Source of the DNA: Candidatus Hydrogenedentota bacterium
Lineage (GTDB): Bacteria > Hydrogenedentota > Hydrogenedentia > Hydrogenedentales > SLHB01
DNA: 64,000 nucleotides
NCBI GenBank assembly: GCA_963668025.2
Contig: CAXXTH010000023.1
Span: 288,001 to 352,000, forward strand
Direction of reading: 5' to 3'
The notes beneath the pieces are model-generated. The model had not been told where the DNA came from and did not search any database. It was given only the letters and a program-made list of their open reading frames with translations. Position numbers and translations under genes: made by a program. Numbering within the stretch: the first letter of the stretch is position 1; every line of letters begins with the position of its first letter. This document shows, piece by piece, positions 1 through 9,795 of the stretch.

Positions 1-1302
1 GCCTGCGCCTCCATGGCGTGGGGCAAATGGGGTGTCCCCTGTAATCAAGCGGGCAGCGCGGTTTCTGGTCAAGTAGCCCCATGCCCACTGGATGAAGACC
101 AGTATGCGATCTTCAAATTGGACAAGGCTCATCAAATGGACGAAGAGCCACATGAGCCACGCCAGCCGCCCCGACAGCTCCACTCCCGCGATATGCGCCA
201 CGGCCGCTGAGCGGCCGATAGTGGCCATCGAGCCTAAATTGATGTAATGAAAAGGCTTCACGGGCCTGCCGGATAGGCGCTTGGCGATGGTGCGGGCCAC
301 AAATTCGCCTTGCTGGATGGCCACGGGCGCGATGCCGGGTAAGTGGCTTCCATCACGAGCTTGGGCAATCGCAAGATCACCAATCACGAAAACCTCGGGA
401 TGGCCCTGGACGGTGAGTTCCGGCCCCACGGGAATGCGCCCGGCGCGATCCGTCTCGATGCCGATGTGTTCGGCGATGCGCTTCCCCAGCGGCGATGCCT
501 GGATGCCAGCGGCCCACACCACGGTGCGGGCGGGAATCACTTCCTCCTTACCCGTCTTTTCGTTCTTCAATGTGATGTTTTTATCGCTAATGTGCGTTAC
601 GGAAGTGTTATCCAGAACTGTTGCTCCTAAGGCAGCCAGTTGGGATTCGGCTTTTCTGGATAGTTTGGGCGAGTAAGGAGGCAAGATGCGTCCATCGCGT
701 TCAACAAGAATAATACGCGCTTCGGACGGATTGATATGGCGGAATTCGTGGAGCAGCGTATGGTGCGCGATTTCGCAGAGCGCCCCCGCCATTTCCACGC
801 CCGTAGGGCCGCCGCCGACAATGACAAAAGTCAGAAGGGCGCGGATGGCCTCGGGATTGGTTTCCCGTTCGGCTGCTTCGAAAGCCATAAGAATACGGCG
901 GCGTATGTCAGTGGCGTCTTCAATGGTTTTAAGGCCAGGTGCGAAGGCTTCCCATTCATCGTGCCCGAAGTATTGGTGGCTGGCGCCCGAAGCGACTATG
1001 AGCGTATCGTACGGCAACTCCCCGTCGGTGAGCAGCAGGCGCTGGTTATCGAGGTCTACATCCACTGCTTCGCCCATGATGGCTTCCGTGTTTCGCTGGC
1101 GTTTGAGAATGCTGCGCAGCGGTGCTGCGATATTAGCGGGTGAGAGCCCTCCTGTCGCCACTTGGTACAAGAGCGGCTGGAACAGGTGGTAATTGCGCCG
1201 ATCGACGACGGTTACCTGGACAGGCGCATGCTTCAGGTGCTGCGCGGCGTGTAGGCCGCCAAAGCCGCCTCCCACAATGATGACTTTGTGCTGCTTTTCC
1301 AC
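1..1302 (-). CDS. ndh: Type II NADH dehydrogenase / NAD(P)/FAD-dependent oxidoreductase (stop codon just outside the window; absent from the ORF track)
   Basis: Manual minus-strand translation from GTG at 1302 (RBS AAGGA) gives VEKQHKVIIVGGGFGGLHAAQHLKHAPVQVTVVDRRNYHLFQPLLYQVATGGLSP. The same frame at the window edge reads RAARLITGD, typical of the NDH-2 C-terminus. The middle of the frame was not checked codon by codon. Confidence 0.9.
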   Translation of the reverse strand, partial: MEKQHKVIIVGGGFGGLHAAQHLKHAPVQVTVVDRRNYHLFQPLLYQVATGGLSPANIAAPLRSILKRQRNTEAIMGEAVDVDLDNQRLLLTDGELPYDTLIVASGASHQYFGHDEWEAFAPGLKTIEDATDIRRRILMAFEAAERETNPEAIRALLTFVIVGGGPTGVEMAGALCEIAHHTLLHEFRHINPSEARIILVERDGRILPPYSPKLSRKAESQLAALGATVLDNTSVTHISDKNITLKNEKTGKEEVIPARTVVWAAGIQASPLGKRIAEHIGIETDRAGRIPVGPELTVQGHPEVFVIGDLAIAQARDGSHLPGIAPVAIQQGEFVARTIAKRLSGRPVKPFHYINLGSMATIGRSAAVAHIAGVELSGRLAWLMWLFVHLMSLVQFEDRILVFIQWAWGYLTRNRAARLITGDTPFAPRHGGAG

Positions 1303-1326
1303 CGATTTGTTCCTTATCTCCAGGTG

Positions 1327-2451
1327 TTACAAGCCGGGCAGTATCTTCTCGATGCCTTCGCCCGCCACATACGCTACGAAGGCGACGCCGAGGCCGACGA
1401 TGAACATGTCGATGCCGCTGCGGAGGATGCCGCGTCCCGTGAAGACACTGCGCGCCGCGCCCACGCCGAAATGGGCCAGCATGGAGATGATGAATGAAAT
1501 GATGGCCGCCGTGCGTGTGCTGAAGAAAAAGAAAGGCATTACAGGAATGAACGCCCCAATAGCCGTCGAGATGCCCGTGACCATGGCCTCGCGCATGGGC
1601 GAACTATAGTCCGCGCCGATCTTGAGTTCTTCACGCACCATTTCTTCGAGGGCGCGCTCGGGATCGCCCATGATGCCTTTGGCGAGGGCGCGCGCCTGTT
1701 CCGGCTCCATGCCCTTGGCCTCGTAGAGCAGCGCAAGCTCTTCCTCTTCGAGTTCGGGCATGAGGCGGATTTCCTCGCGCTCGGTGGCGATCTCGTGTTC
1801 GAAGACTTCGCGCTCGCTCTTGGCTGCGAGGTAGCCGGAAGAACCCATGGACAAGGAATCGGCGATGACGCCCGCCGCGCCTGAGAGGATGATGTGGGCC
1901 ACGGTGAAATTCGCACCCACGATGCCGGCCACGAGTCCGAAGTTGGCCGTCAGGCCGTCGTTGAATCCATAGACTACGTTACGCAGAAAACCGCCCGAGG
2001 CCATGCTATGCCACGATTCCTCGCCGGATGCGCCCTCGATTTCTTGCAGCACGCGCGCGTGCTCGGCGGATTCCCGGGCGAGTTTGAGGGCGGTGGTTTT
2101 CGTGCCCTCTCCGGAACTATGCCGGTGCAGCGCCATATAGCCTTTCACTTCGCGGCCCTCGCCCTTCGTCAACTCGCGGAGCAGGATGCCGGGGCCGAAC
2201 CGCCTGGCCAGCCACACCATGAGCCGGGCGCGCGCCGTGGGAGGCGGGACGGAGGCGTCGGAGCCGTTGGCGCGCAGCATGTCCCGCCATATGGCAATAT
2301 GGCGTTTCTCGACTTCCGCCAGGCGCTCGAAGGCCTTGGCGCGTTTGGGCTCAGCGTCGAGGGCCGCCAGCTCATGATATAAGTACGCCGCATCCACTTC
2401 CTCGCGCAGATGCCGCCGCCAGGTTTCGAGCGTTTTAGGGGCAATACTCAT
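1327..2451 (-). CDS. VIT1/CCC1 family Fe/Mn transporter with N-terminal ferritin/rubrerythrin-like domain
   Basis: LRNVVYGFNDGLTANFGLVAG and SLSMGSSGYLAAKSE are VIT1 motifs; N-terminal E..H pairs (EVEKRH, ESAEH). Start taken at MSIAPK. Confidence 0.9.
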   Translation of the reverse strand: MSIAPKTLETWRRHLREEVDAAYLYHELAALDAEPKRAKAFERLAEVEKRHIAIWRDMLRANGSDASVPPPTARARLMVWLARRFGPGILLRELTKGEGREVKGYMALHRHSSGEGTKTTALKLARESAEHARVLQEIEGASGEESWHSMASGGFLRNVVYGFNDGLTANFGLVAGIVGANFTVAHIILSGAAGVIADSLSMGSSGYLAAKSEREVFEHEIATEREEIRLMPELEEEELALLYEAKGMEPEQARALAKGIMGDPERALEEMVREELKIGADYSSPMREAMVTGISTAIGAFIPVMPFFFFSTRTAAIISFIISMLAHFGVGAARSVFTGRGILRSGIDMFIVGLGVAFVAYVAGEGIEKILPGL

Positions 2452-2724
2452 CAGACACACTCCATGGGGCCTTGAAAGGAACCCCACTATTTTTGAAAGA
2501 ATTCCTCTCTCTGATTTATATGGAATATCTTACGCTGGAAAGTGCTATGCAATCGAATCTGTTTGGGCGGCGAGAAGATTGCCGTACAGGCGTATTCTCC
2601 GAAAAAGACGAGGCCGTTCTTCCTCTTACTGGATTTTAGTACAGTTCTTTTTTGTTACAAAGATCGCCATACTTTAGCTTCCGTGGAATTAGGGCTTTGC
2701 CAACATGAATGGGGAGGGGCACAC

Positions 2725-3846
2725 ATGTGTGTTTTAAAGGGAATATTGTTCGCTGCAAGCATACTTGCATCCGCTGCCGCCAGCGCTCAGGGTGTATCGT
2801 GGTATGCGTGTTTCTATTCCACCGCAGTATCGGGAACGGACTCCATCGGTTTTGAAGAGCCTGCGTATGTGGCGGGAGGGACTCTGCCATCGCCCTGGAT
2901 CGTCGCGCATGACGGACATTGGGAGGTTTCCACGCAACAGCCCGCCAGCGGACTGCAATGCTTGGCGCTTGGTTGCTATCAGGATGAATACTCGATCTCG
3001 GTGGTAGAAACTCGATACCCGCTGGACATCTCGTCCGCCACGAAGAGCTTGGATGTAGATATCGCACTCTTGCCGACGGCATATGCACCGGGCACCTATG
3101 ATCCTGGCTTCTTGTCAAATGGCGCAATCACGGTGTATACGGGCGGCACTTATGTGATTGGCGTGGAATTCGAGACGGTAAAGCCCGCTTCCACACCTTT
3201 TGAAGCCAGCCATCGCAAATTAACCGCATCTTTTGATTCCCTTTCTACAAATATCCAACGTGAGATGGTATGGGTTGCCGGATATTATGGAATCCACGTA
3301 CATTTTGATTACACCAACATGACCGCCACATTGCGTATCGAGCCGCCTGCGGGAGATGCCTATGAAGAGACCGTTTCCGATATAGAGCTTCCAGGTGGAA
3401 GCAACAATTTTGTGCGGCTCTTTGGTTCAACCGCATCATTGGATTATATCAGCGCCCGGGCGAATTTTGACGATCTGACGATATCTATTGATACCGGCGT
3501 ATTGGTCGTGAATATTGAACCAGCCGAAGCCCGGGAGGACGGTGTCATGTGGTGCGTGGATGGCGGAGCGTGGCAATACAGCGGGGCCTCCGTGAGCGGC
3601 CTTTCCGAGGGCGAGCATACCGTTACATTCAAACCAGTTGGAGAGTGGGAATTGGAGCCGATGCAGATTACGATCCAAGCGGGCAAAACTACTACGGAAA
3701 CTGCTGGGCCGTTGCTTCTCCCCATTTCCATGGGAGCTTTGGCGGTGGTTGTCATGGTGCTGGCCATAGCTGGATGGCGCATGGGAAACGCGCACACGTA
3801 TAACCACAAAACGGTTAGTGTGTGTCATCGGCGGGGAACCGCTTAA
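2725..3846 (+). CDS. Secreted/surface protein with PEGA-like beta module and C-terminal TM anchor
   Basis: RBS GGGGAGGGG before ATG 2725; signal peptide ending ASAAASA; module VNIEP...W.VDGG.W..SG....GL..G.HTVTF shared with the 59120-61747 protein; C-terminal LP + hydrophobic stretch + basic tail. Confidence 0.65.
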   Translation: MCVLKGILFAASILASAAASAQGVSWYACFYSTAVSGTDSIGFEEPAYVAGGTLPSPWIVAHDGHWEVSTQQPASGLQCLALGCYQDEYSISVVETRYPLDISSATKSLDVDIALLPTAYAPGTYDPGFLSNGAITVYTGGTYVIGVEFETVKPASTPFEASHRKLTASFDSLSTNIQREMVWVAGYYGIHVHFDYTNMTATLRIEPPAGDAYEETVSDIELPGGSNNFVRLFGSTASLDYISARANFDDLTISIDTGVLVVNIEPAEAREDGVMWCVDGGAWQYSGASVSGLSEGEHTVTFKPVGEWELEPMQITIQAGKTTTETAGPLLLPISMGALAVVVMVLAIAGWRMGNAHTYNHKTVSVCHRRGTA

Positions 3847-4663
3847 GCTCGCTCCACTGGAAGGTCCATTCGGGTATGTACAACGGTGTGCTGGGATCCA
3901 GTTTATACCAGGCTCCAAAGCTTGGCGATTGCAGATTGCGCAAGACATGGGCCTCTTGCGCGGGCATGAATCCCTGCACCAGGAGAAACACGCCCGCCCC
4001 GGTATCCGGCGCGGTGGCCATGTCGGCGACGAGGACGGCGTGACCCGGCGAGCCGGGTGCGACGAAAAAGTCTCCGATGGCGAGTTGCGAAGGCTGCGAC
4101 ACGGATTCGGCTTCTTTATCGAGGGAGCGGGTGCTCGCGTAAGTGAACACGAAATCGAGGTATTGGCGCAAGGTTTGATGCGTATGTGAAGGTGGGGCAT
4201 CTTTGCGCCATTCAATAAAATTGCCTTGAACATGGGGGCGTGCGCCGTCCGCCCATCGCTCGAAGGGGGCGTCCGTGCCGTTGCTCAATAAAAAATGGAT
4301 ACGGTCGAATGCGCTTAGGCTAAATAGGTATTCACCCCGCAGCCGCATGATGGTGTCGGCGCATTGCTGGAGATCCTTCTTACCCACGTCCATTGCCACG
4401 ACCGCCGCATGCGCGTCTTGCCGTTGTTTGGGCTGGCCGGTATGCAACAAGACCTCAGGAGCGCCTGGCCGCAATGGAAGCCCTCGCAGCCATTCCGCAA
4501 AGGAGCCAGGCGCCACAACGGTGCGAGTATAACCTTTAGGCGGAGTGAAGCGCTGGCCGATGGTGTCTCCGGGATTCGCTTCGTTTATCCATGGATATGC
4601 CGGGCGAGCCTCTGTTTGTGAAAAGGCTATCCAGCAGCAAAAGAACAGCGCATATGAGCCCAT
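3815..4663 (-). CDS. DUF4846 domain-containing exported protein
   Basis: PPKGYTR, SFAEWLRGLPL, DLQQCAD..MRLRGEYL, GSPGHAVLV.D and QGFMPAQ..H motifs characteristic of DUF4846. Confidence 0.8.
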   Translation of the reverse strand: MGSYALFFCCWIAFSQTEARPAYPWINEANPGDTIGQRFTPPKGYTRTVVAPGSFAEWLRGLPLRPGAPEVLLHTGQPKQRQDAHAAVVAMDVGKKDLQQCADTIMRLRGEYLFSLSAFDRIHFLLSNGTDAPFERWADGARPHVQGNFIEWRKDAPPSHTHQTLRQYLDFVFTYASTRSLDKEAESVSQPSQLAIGDFFVAPGSPGHAVLVADMATAPDTGAGVFLLVQGFMPAQEAHVLRNLQSPSFGAWYKLDPSTPLYIPEWTFQWSELKRFPADDTH

Positions 4664-4950
4664 GCCTTTTCCCTTTCTCTTGTAGCAATATACCGAGCCG
4701 CACGGCTTTTTTTGTGCCAGGTTCCGTGAAACTGTTCAAACAAGCTCAACGAAGGCTGCCGGGCGGTTGCCCTGCCGTCGAGCCTGCCTATATAGTGTAA
4801 GGGAAATAGATGACAAATTGTACATATAATGAAGAATTAATCCTTATATATGGTATTTTAGTTGCATGGCCTGTGTCTAGCGGGCGGTTGTGAAGACCAA
4901 ATGATGTGGCGGAACTACGCAAGAGAAAGTACGAAAAACGCATTTATCTC

Positions 4951-4980
4951 TTGACAATACATCATCTTGTGGGTAATAAT
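4951..4980 (+). promoter_or_regulatory. Putative sigma70 promoter of the EPS operon
   Basis: Perfect TTGACA at 4951-4956, followed 17-18 nt later by TAATAAT, in an AT-rich intergenic region. Confidence 0.5.
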
Positions 4981-5093
4981 GCTCTTGGTACAGGATAAAG
5001 TGTTTTTCGTGATTGCGTTCGATGGGTAACGCTAGACTCCATGCGTATCGAGCGCATAAGGGGGCTATTCATGAGCGACCAGGCGCTGGCCAC

Positions 5094-6200
5094 ATGAGGA
5101 TCGCTATTTTGGGCACGCGTGGTATTCCCGCCAATTATGGCGGCTTCGAGACCTTCGCGGAAGAATTGAGCGTCCGTCTTGCCGCGCGGGGCCATGATGT
5201 GGCCGTATACTGCCGTAAAGCCAACCAGAAAGAGCCGTTGACGCAGTATAATGGCGTCAAACTGGTCGTGCTGCCGAGCATTCACACGAAATACCTGGAT
5301 ACCCTTTCCCATACGTTTTTTTCGACGATTCATCTGCTGTTTCACCGGGTGGATGTGGCGTATTACTGTAATTCCGCCAATAGCTGTTTTTTGCCGCTGC
5401 CTCGCTTGGCGGGCATCAAGACCATATTAAATACGGATGGGCTCGAATGGGAACGGGCCAAATGGAATTGGATGGGGAAGACGTTTTACCGGCTGTCGGA
5501 ATATCTGGCGGCTTGGTTTGCGCAAATGCTGGTGTCCGACTCTTGCGTTATCCAGCGCTATTATAAGGAGAAGTTTCTGCGGGAGAGTGAATTTGTCGCG
5601 TATGGGGCCGATATAGTGGAACGAGGGTTTGGCCGGGAATTATTGAAGAACTTAGGCGTCGAACCGGAAGATTATTTTCTGTTCGTGAGCCGCCTCGAGC
5701 CGGAGAATAATGCCCATATTGTCGTCGAGGCGTTTGAGCGGGTACAAACCGGCAAGAAGCTCCTTATCGTCGGCAGCGCCCCCTTCGCGGGTGAGTATAT
5801 CGCTAAGCTGCATTCGACAACGGACGCGCGTATTATATTTACGGGCGGCTTGTATGGAGATATGTATAAAGCCCTTCGGGCCAACGCCTATGTGTATGTA
5901 AACGCGATGGAAGTGGGGGGAACGCATCCGGCGATTCTCGAAGCGATGGGTGCGGGAAATTGTGTTCTGGTGAGTGATATTGCGTACAATGCAGAGGCGG
6001 TCGCCGACGCGGGGGCTACGTTCCGAAACAAGGATGCGGAAGATCTGCGCGAGAAGATGCAGTGGCTCGTGGAGCATCCCGAGGAAGTCGAACAGTATAG
6101 GCATGGCGCTGTCGAGCGGGTGCGTTCCACGTACTCCTGGACACGTGTCGTGGACGAGTATGAGCGCCTGTTCGGCCAATTGGTATCGGGCAGCAACTGA
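5094..6200 (+). CDS. Glycosyltransferase family 4 (DUF1972 N-terminal type)
   Basis: MRIAILGTRGIPANYGGFETFAEEL N-terminus, SRLEPENN and EVGGTHPAILEAMG motifs. Confidence 0.9.
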   Translation: MRIAILGTRGIPANYGGFETFAEELSVRLAARGHDVAVYCRKANQKEPLTQYNGVKLVVLPSIHTKYLDTLSHTFFSTIHLLFHRVDVAYYCNSANSCFLPLPRLAGIKTILNTDGLEWERAKWNWMGKTFYRLSEYLAAWFAQMLVSDSCVIQRYYKEKFLRESEFVAYGADIVERGFGRELLKNLGVEPEDYFLFVSRLEPENNAHIVVEAFERVQTGKKLLIVGSAPFAGEYIAKLHSTTDARIIFTGGLYGDMYKALRANAYVYVNAMEVGGTHPAILEAMGAGNCVLVSDIAYNAEAVADAGATFRNKDAEDLREKMQWLVEHPEEVEQYRHGAVERVRSTYSWTRVVDEYERLFGQLVSGSN

Positions 6201-7220
6201 GTGCGCAAGGAAGAGAGGCATGTGAAGATGCAAGGGGCATTCGACTGGAAAGAGCGCAAGGTTTTAGTGACAGGCGCTGGCGGATTCATCGGAAGCCATC
6301 TCACGGAGCGCCTGCTAACAATGGGCGCACATGTGCGCGGCATGGTGCATGGCAACATGCGCGGCAGCATCGGCCATTTGGCGGCGGTGCCCAAGCATCT
6401 TACGGAGAACCTCGAAATATATGACGGCAGTATGCGGGACGGGGCCTTCGTGCGCGAAGCCACGATCGGCGTTGATACGGTGTTTCATCTAGCAGCGGTC
6501 ACGAGCGTGCGCTATTCCTACTCGAATCCAGATGAAACCGTGGTCACTAACGTCATGGGCACGCTGAATGTCTGTAATGCATGCCGACACGAGCATGTGC
6601 GGCGGCTGGTCCATACGTCATCGGCGGGCGTATATGGCTCCTCGGAAAATAACGAGCCCATTCGCGAGACGCATCCGACCCGGGCGTATAATCCCTATAC
6701 CGCGTCCAAATTGGCGGCGGACAACGTAGTGGAGAGTTTTCATTTATCTTATGATGTGGCGGTGTCCATCTGCCGCATTTTTAATGTATATGGCCCCCGA
6801 GTGGGCCGCTTTCTGGTGATCCCAACGATCGTGCAGCAGCTCATGCGCGGCACCGAACTGCGGCTGGGCGACCTTACGCCTACGCGGAATTATACCTACG
6901 TGGATGATATCGCGGCGGCCTTTATGCGCATGGCGGAAGAAGATAGTGTGGTGGGCGAGGTGGTGAATTTTGGTTCGCCTAATGCGATCACGATCGGAGA
7001 ACTGGCGCGGCTTATTGCAAAGCTGATGAATAAAGAGGTGGATATCCAGCTCGATCCAAGCCGGCTGCGGCCCGCGAAAAGTGAGATTTACCGGGTGGTG
7101 GCTGACGCATCGAAGGCGCAGAAGCTACTTGGCTGGGAACCGCTGACGAATCTCGAGACCGGCCTGAAGCGGACCATCGAGTGGATAATGAATGTGGGAT
7201 ACGAAGATGTGCGCGTCTAG
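6201..7220 (+). CDS. NAD-dependent sugar epimerase/dehydratase (extended SDR)
   Basis: VLVTGAGGFIGSHL Rossmann motif, YTASK catalytic motif, RIFNVYGP. Confidence 0.9.
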   Translation: MRKEERHVKMQGAFDWKERKVLVTGAGGFIGSHLTERLLTMGAHVRGMVHGNMRGSIGHLAAVPKHLTENLEIYDGSMRDGAFVREATIGVDTVFHLAAVTSVRYSYSNPDETVVTNVMGTLNVCNACRHEHVRRLVHTSSAGVYGSSENNEPIRETHPTRAYNPYTASKLAADNVVESFHLSYDVAVSICRIFNVYGPRVGRFLVIPTIVQQLMRGTELRLGDLTPTRNYTYVDDIAAAFMRMAEEDSVVGEVVNFGSPNAITIGELARLIAKLMNKEVDIQLDPSRLRPAKSEIYRVVADASKAQKLLGWEPLTNLETGLKRTIEWIMNVGYEDVRV

Positions 7221-7379
7221 CCCGCATATTCGAGTAAAATGCGCGAACCGCTCCGGGGTGGAATGCTCTCCCATCCTTGTACGACGCGCTGTAATCTGTA
7301 TAATACGGCCATGGTGGGACAGCGCCACAACGCCTGTACAAGGCTGCAATGTGGCAAAATGGGATTATTGAACGTGGCG

Positions 7380-8258
7380 ATGCCGTGGAAACAAATCGTG
7401 GCGATGGGCATAGGCTGTGCGGCCTTATGCCTGCTCGGGTTTTCCGCTGCTTCCGAAGGCGTTCGCTATCACGGCATTCAACTGGATGATCAGCACCATC
7501 TGGTGATTGAGCAGCGGGAAGGCGGATTCATGCGCATTGGCGTGCGCGCCCGCACCCGCACGGAAGGCGGCCTCGAACCCGAAAACGTGCAGCTTGAAGA
7601 AGGCAAGCCCGAAACTGGCCGTCTCGAACAGGTGGAATTTATAGTGGAGGTCCGGTCCCAGATTATGAAACCGGCCGCCCCCAATTATTTTCAAAGCCAT
7701 GGGCAGACCTATCTCATTACGGTTGAGAGCTTGATGAAAGAGGTTCCATATTATTCCGCCCATGTCGTATCCGCGCGGGATGCGCGGACCGAATTGGCCG
7801 TTGAATTGCAGATACTCCGGGCGAATACGGACGGAATCCGGCAATTGGCCTTGTTCTGGGCCACGCCGATCGTATTGGCGGAATATAAGAATGTGGGTTT
7901 GATGCCTGCGCCGGTCTTCAAGACCGTGGAAGCCAGTACGGGCGGCAGCCTCCGAACCAAGCCGGACTCTCTCGAACGGCGTTCGCTGCCAGGAGGCCGC
8001 CAAATAGGGCCTACGGCAGGTTTTACGAACCGCCAGCCGCTTACAGGCATGGCGCGGGCGAAGGCCATGGCAACGGAACGGCGCGCGGGCGGGCCGACGG
8101 AACGCGCGGGCGCGGGTTCGTACCGGCCTGATGTGGTGCGTTCTGGCAACATTAAACCGGATTACCGCCCCGGCGGCATGCGCGTTGAAGAACCGGTTTC
8201 CGGCAAGGAACGGACAGGCGGGCATACTGCTTTTGCTTCGGGGGGAAACCCAGAATGA
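7380..8258 (+). CDS. Hypothetical exported protein in the EPS cluster (start uncertain)
   Basis: Fills the gap between epimerase and wza on the same strand; signal-peptide-like N-terminus; low-complexity C-terminus; no family recognised. Confidence 0.5.
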   Translation: MPWKQIVAMGIGCAALCLLGFSAASEGVRYHGIQLDDQHHLVIEQREGGFMRIGVRARTRTEGGLEPENVQLEEGKPETGRLEQVEFIVEVRSQIMKPAAPNYFQSHGQTYLITVESLMKEVPYYSAHVVSARDARTELAVELQILRANTDGIRQLALFWATPIVLAEYKNVGLMPAPVFKTVEASTGGSLRTKPDSLERRSLPGGRQIGPTAGFTNRQPLTGMARAKAMATERRAGGPTERAGAGSYRPDVVRSGNIKPDYRPGGMRVEEPVSGKERTGGHTAFASGGNPE

Positions 8259-8367
8259 ATACACGAAAAAGCTGGCGGGAAGCCAGTTTTTACCTATAAA
8301 ACAGCGGCCGGAATGAAACGATTGGTTTAAACGCCACGTGCGACATGGATTCGGGAGGCTAGGCCAG

Positions 8368-9723
8368 ATGAAACCGTATGGCAACAAGAGGATGGCATGG
8401 TATGGTGTCTGCCTGTTGGCATTCGCGCTTGCAGGCTGCCATGCTACAAACAGCACCATCCTGCTCGACCCGCAAGGGGAAGATATTACGGTGACGCCGG
8501 AGGAGATCCGCGAGTATAGCGGCCCAGACGCGCCTTACCTGCTGACCGTGGGCGACGAGGCGAATATCACATTCCGCGCGAAGGATTACCAATCCGACAA
8601 GCCGTCATGGGATTACCGCATCGAAGTCGGCGACAGCATGGAAGTCCGCCTGAGCGAAGAGATCGGCAGCCGTGCGGATTACAAGATTGACGCAGGCGAT
8701 CTTGTCGGCATCTCGTTCCTGAACAACTGGTCGCTCAATGTGACGCGCACGGTGCGCCCCGATGGGTATGTGACTTTCGAGAACATCGGCGATGTCATGG
8801 CGGGCGGTAAAACGGCCAAGGAACTCGAGGCGGAAGTCACCGAGTTATATAAACAAACGGGCCTCATCGAGGGTGATCCGAATATCTCGATCACCATCGA
8901 GTTCACCAATCCCGACCGGCTCGAGAATATGAGCCGCGACTTGGTGGTGCGTCCCGATGGTAAAATCCGCATCCCGGGCGTAAAAAATGATATCCAAGTA
9001 GCGGGCCTTACCGTGGATGAGGCGTGCAAAGCCGTGCAACAAGAATCCTCGACCATGCTGCGCAATGCCCCCGTGGTGAGCATGGTCATTTTCCCCTTCA
9101 TCAATAACGCCCTTGCGGCCATGAACGGCGTATATAAAGTGCGGCCTGACGGCAAAATCTCGATCCCCCGCATTGGCGATGTCCAGGTGGCGGGATATAG
9201 CACCGATGAAGTGCGCGAGGCGCTAGTGGACGCCTGCACGGGGCTGCTGCACAATCCGGTCGAGCCGGGAGTAACCGTCGTGACGGCCACCGGTGCCCGC
9301 ATCTATATAGGCGGCGAGGTGGACCGGCCAGGCGTGTATCCGCTCGAGGCGACGCCTACCGCCTTGCAAGCCATTATTATGGCGCAAGGCCCGAATGACC
9401 GTTCGAGGCTCAATAGCGTGCTTGTCATCCGGCGCAATCCCAATGGCAAGCCGTATGTCTTCAAGACCAACCTGCACCTGGCCTTCGAAGGCCATACGGA
9501 AAACGACATTGAGCTGCGCTCGTATGATGTCGTTTATGTGCCCAAGAAGCTGATATCGCGCGCGAACCTGTTCGTGAAGCAGTACATCGACGATATCGTG
9601 CCCTTCGACAATACGCTGGGCGTGACGGGCAGCTACTATATGAATGAGCAGCGCACGCGCTCGAAGGCCAGGACGTTCAATTATACGACGGGCGTTAATG
9701 TGATACCGGGCTTTAATCAATAA
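8368..9723 (+). CDS. wza: Polysaccharide export (OPX/Wza-like) lipoprotein with three Poly_export units and SLBB domain
   Basis: Lipobox LAGC; three VRPDG motifs; IYIGGEVDRPGVY; L...DVVYVPK. Confidence 0.85.
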   Translation: MKPYGNKRMAWYGVCLLAFALAGCHATNSTILLDPQGEDITVTPEEIREYSGPDAPYLLTVGDEANITFRAKDYQSDKPSWDYRIEVGDSMEVRLSEEIGSRADYKIDAGDLVGISFLNNWSLNVTRTVRPDGYVTFENIGDVMAGGKTAKELEAEVTELYKQTGLIEGDPNISITIEFTNPDRLENMSRDLVVRPDGKIRIPGVKNDIQVAGLTVDEACKAVQQESSTMLRNAPVVSMVIFPFINNALAAMNGVYKVRPDGKISIPRIGDVQVAGYSTDEVREALVDACTGLLHNPVEPGVTVVTATGARIYIGGEVDRPGVYPLEATPTALQAIIMAQGPNDRSRLNSVLVIRRNPNGKPYVFKTNLHLAFEGHTENDIELRSYDVVYVPKKLISRANLFVKQYIDDIVPFDNTLGVTGSYYMNEQRTRSKARTFNYTTGVNVIPGFNQ

Positions 9724-9795
9724 TGAAGCGCGCACGCGGGACGAGAGGCAACAGGCGGCCGTGCACGCGGACGGCGGCGATAGAGGGATAGGCAA

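Noticed and set aside
281-1609. Plus-strand ORFs 281-676, 686-1192, 736-1143 and 1193-1609
   Set aside because: Shadows of the minus-strand ndh and VIT1 genes.
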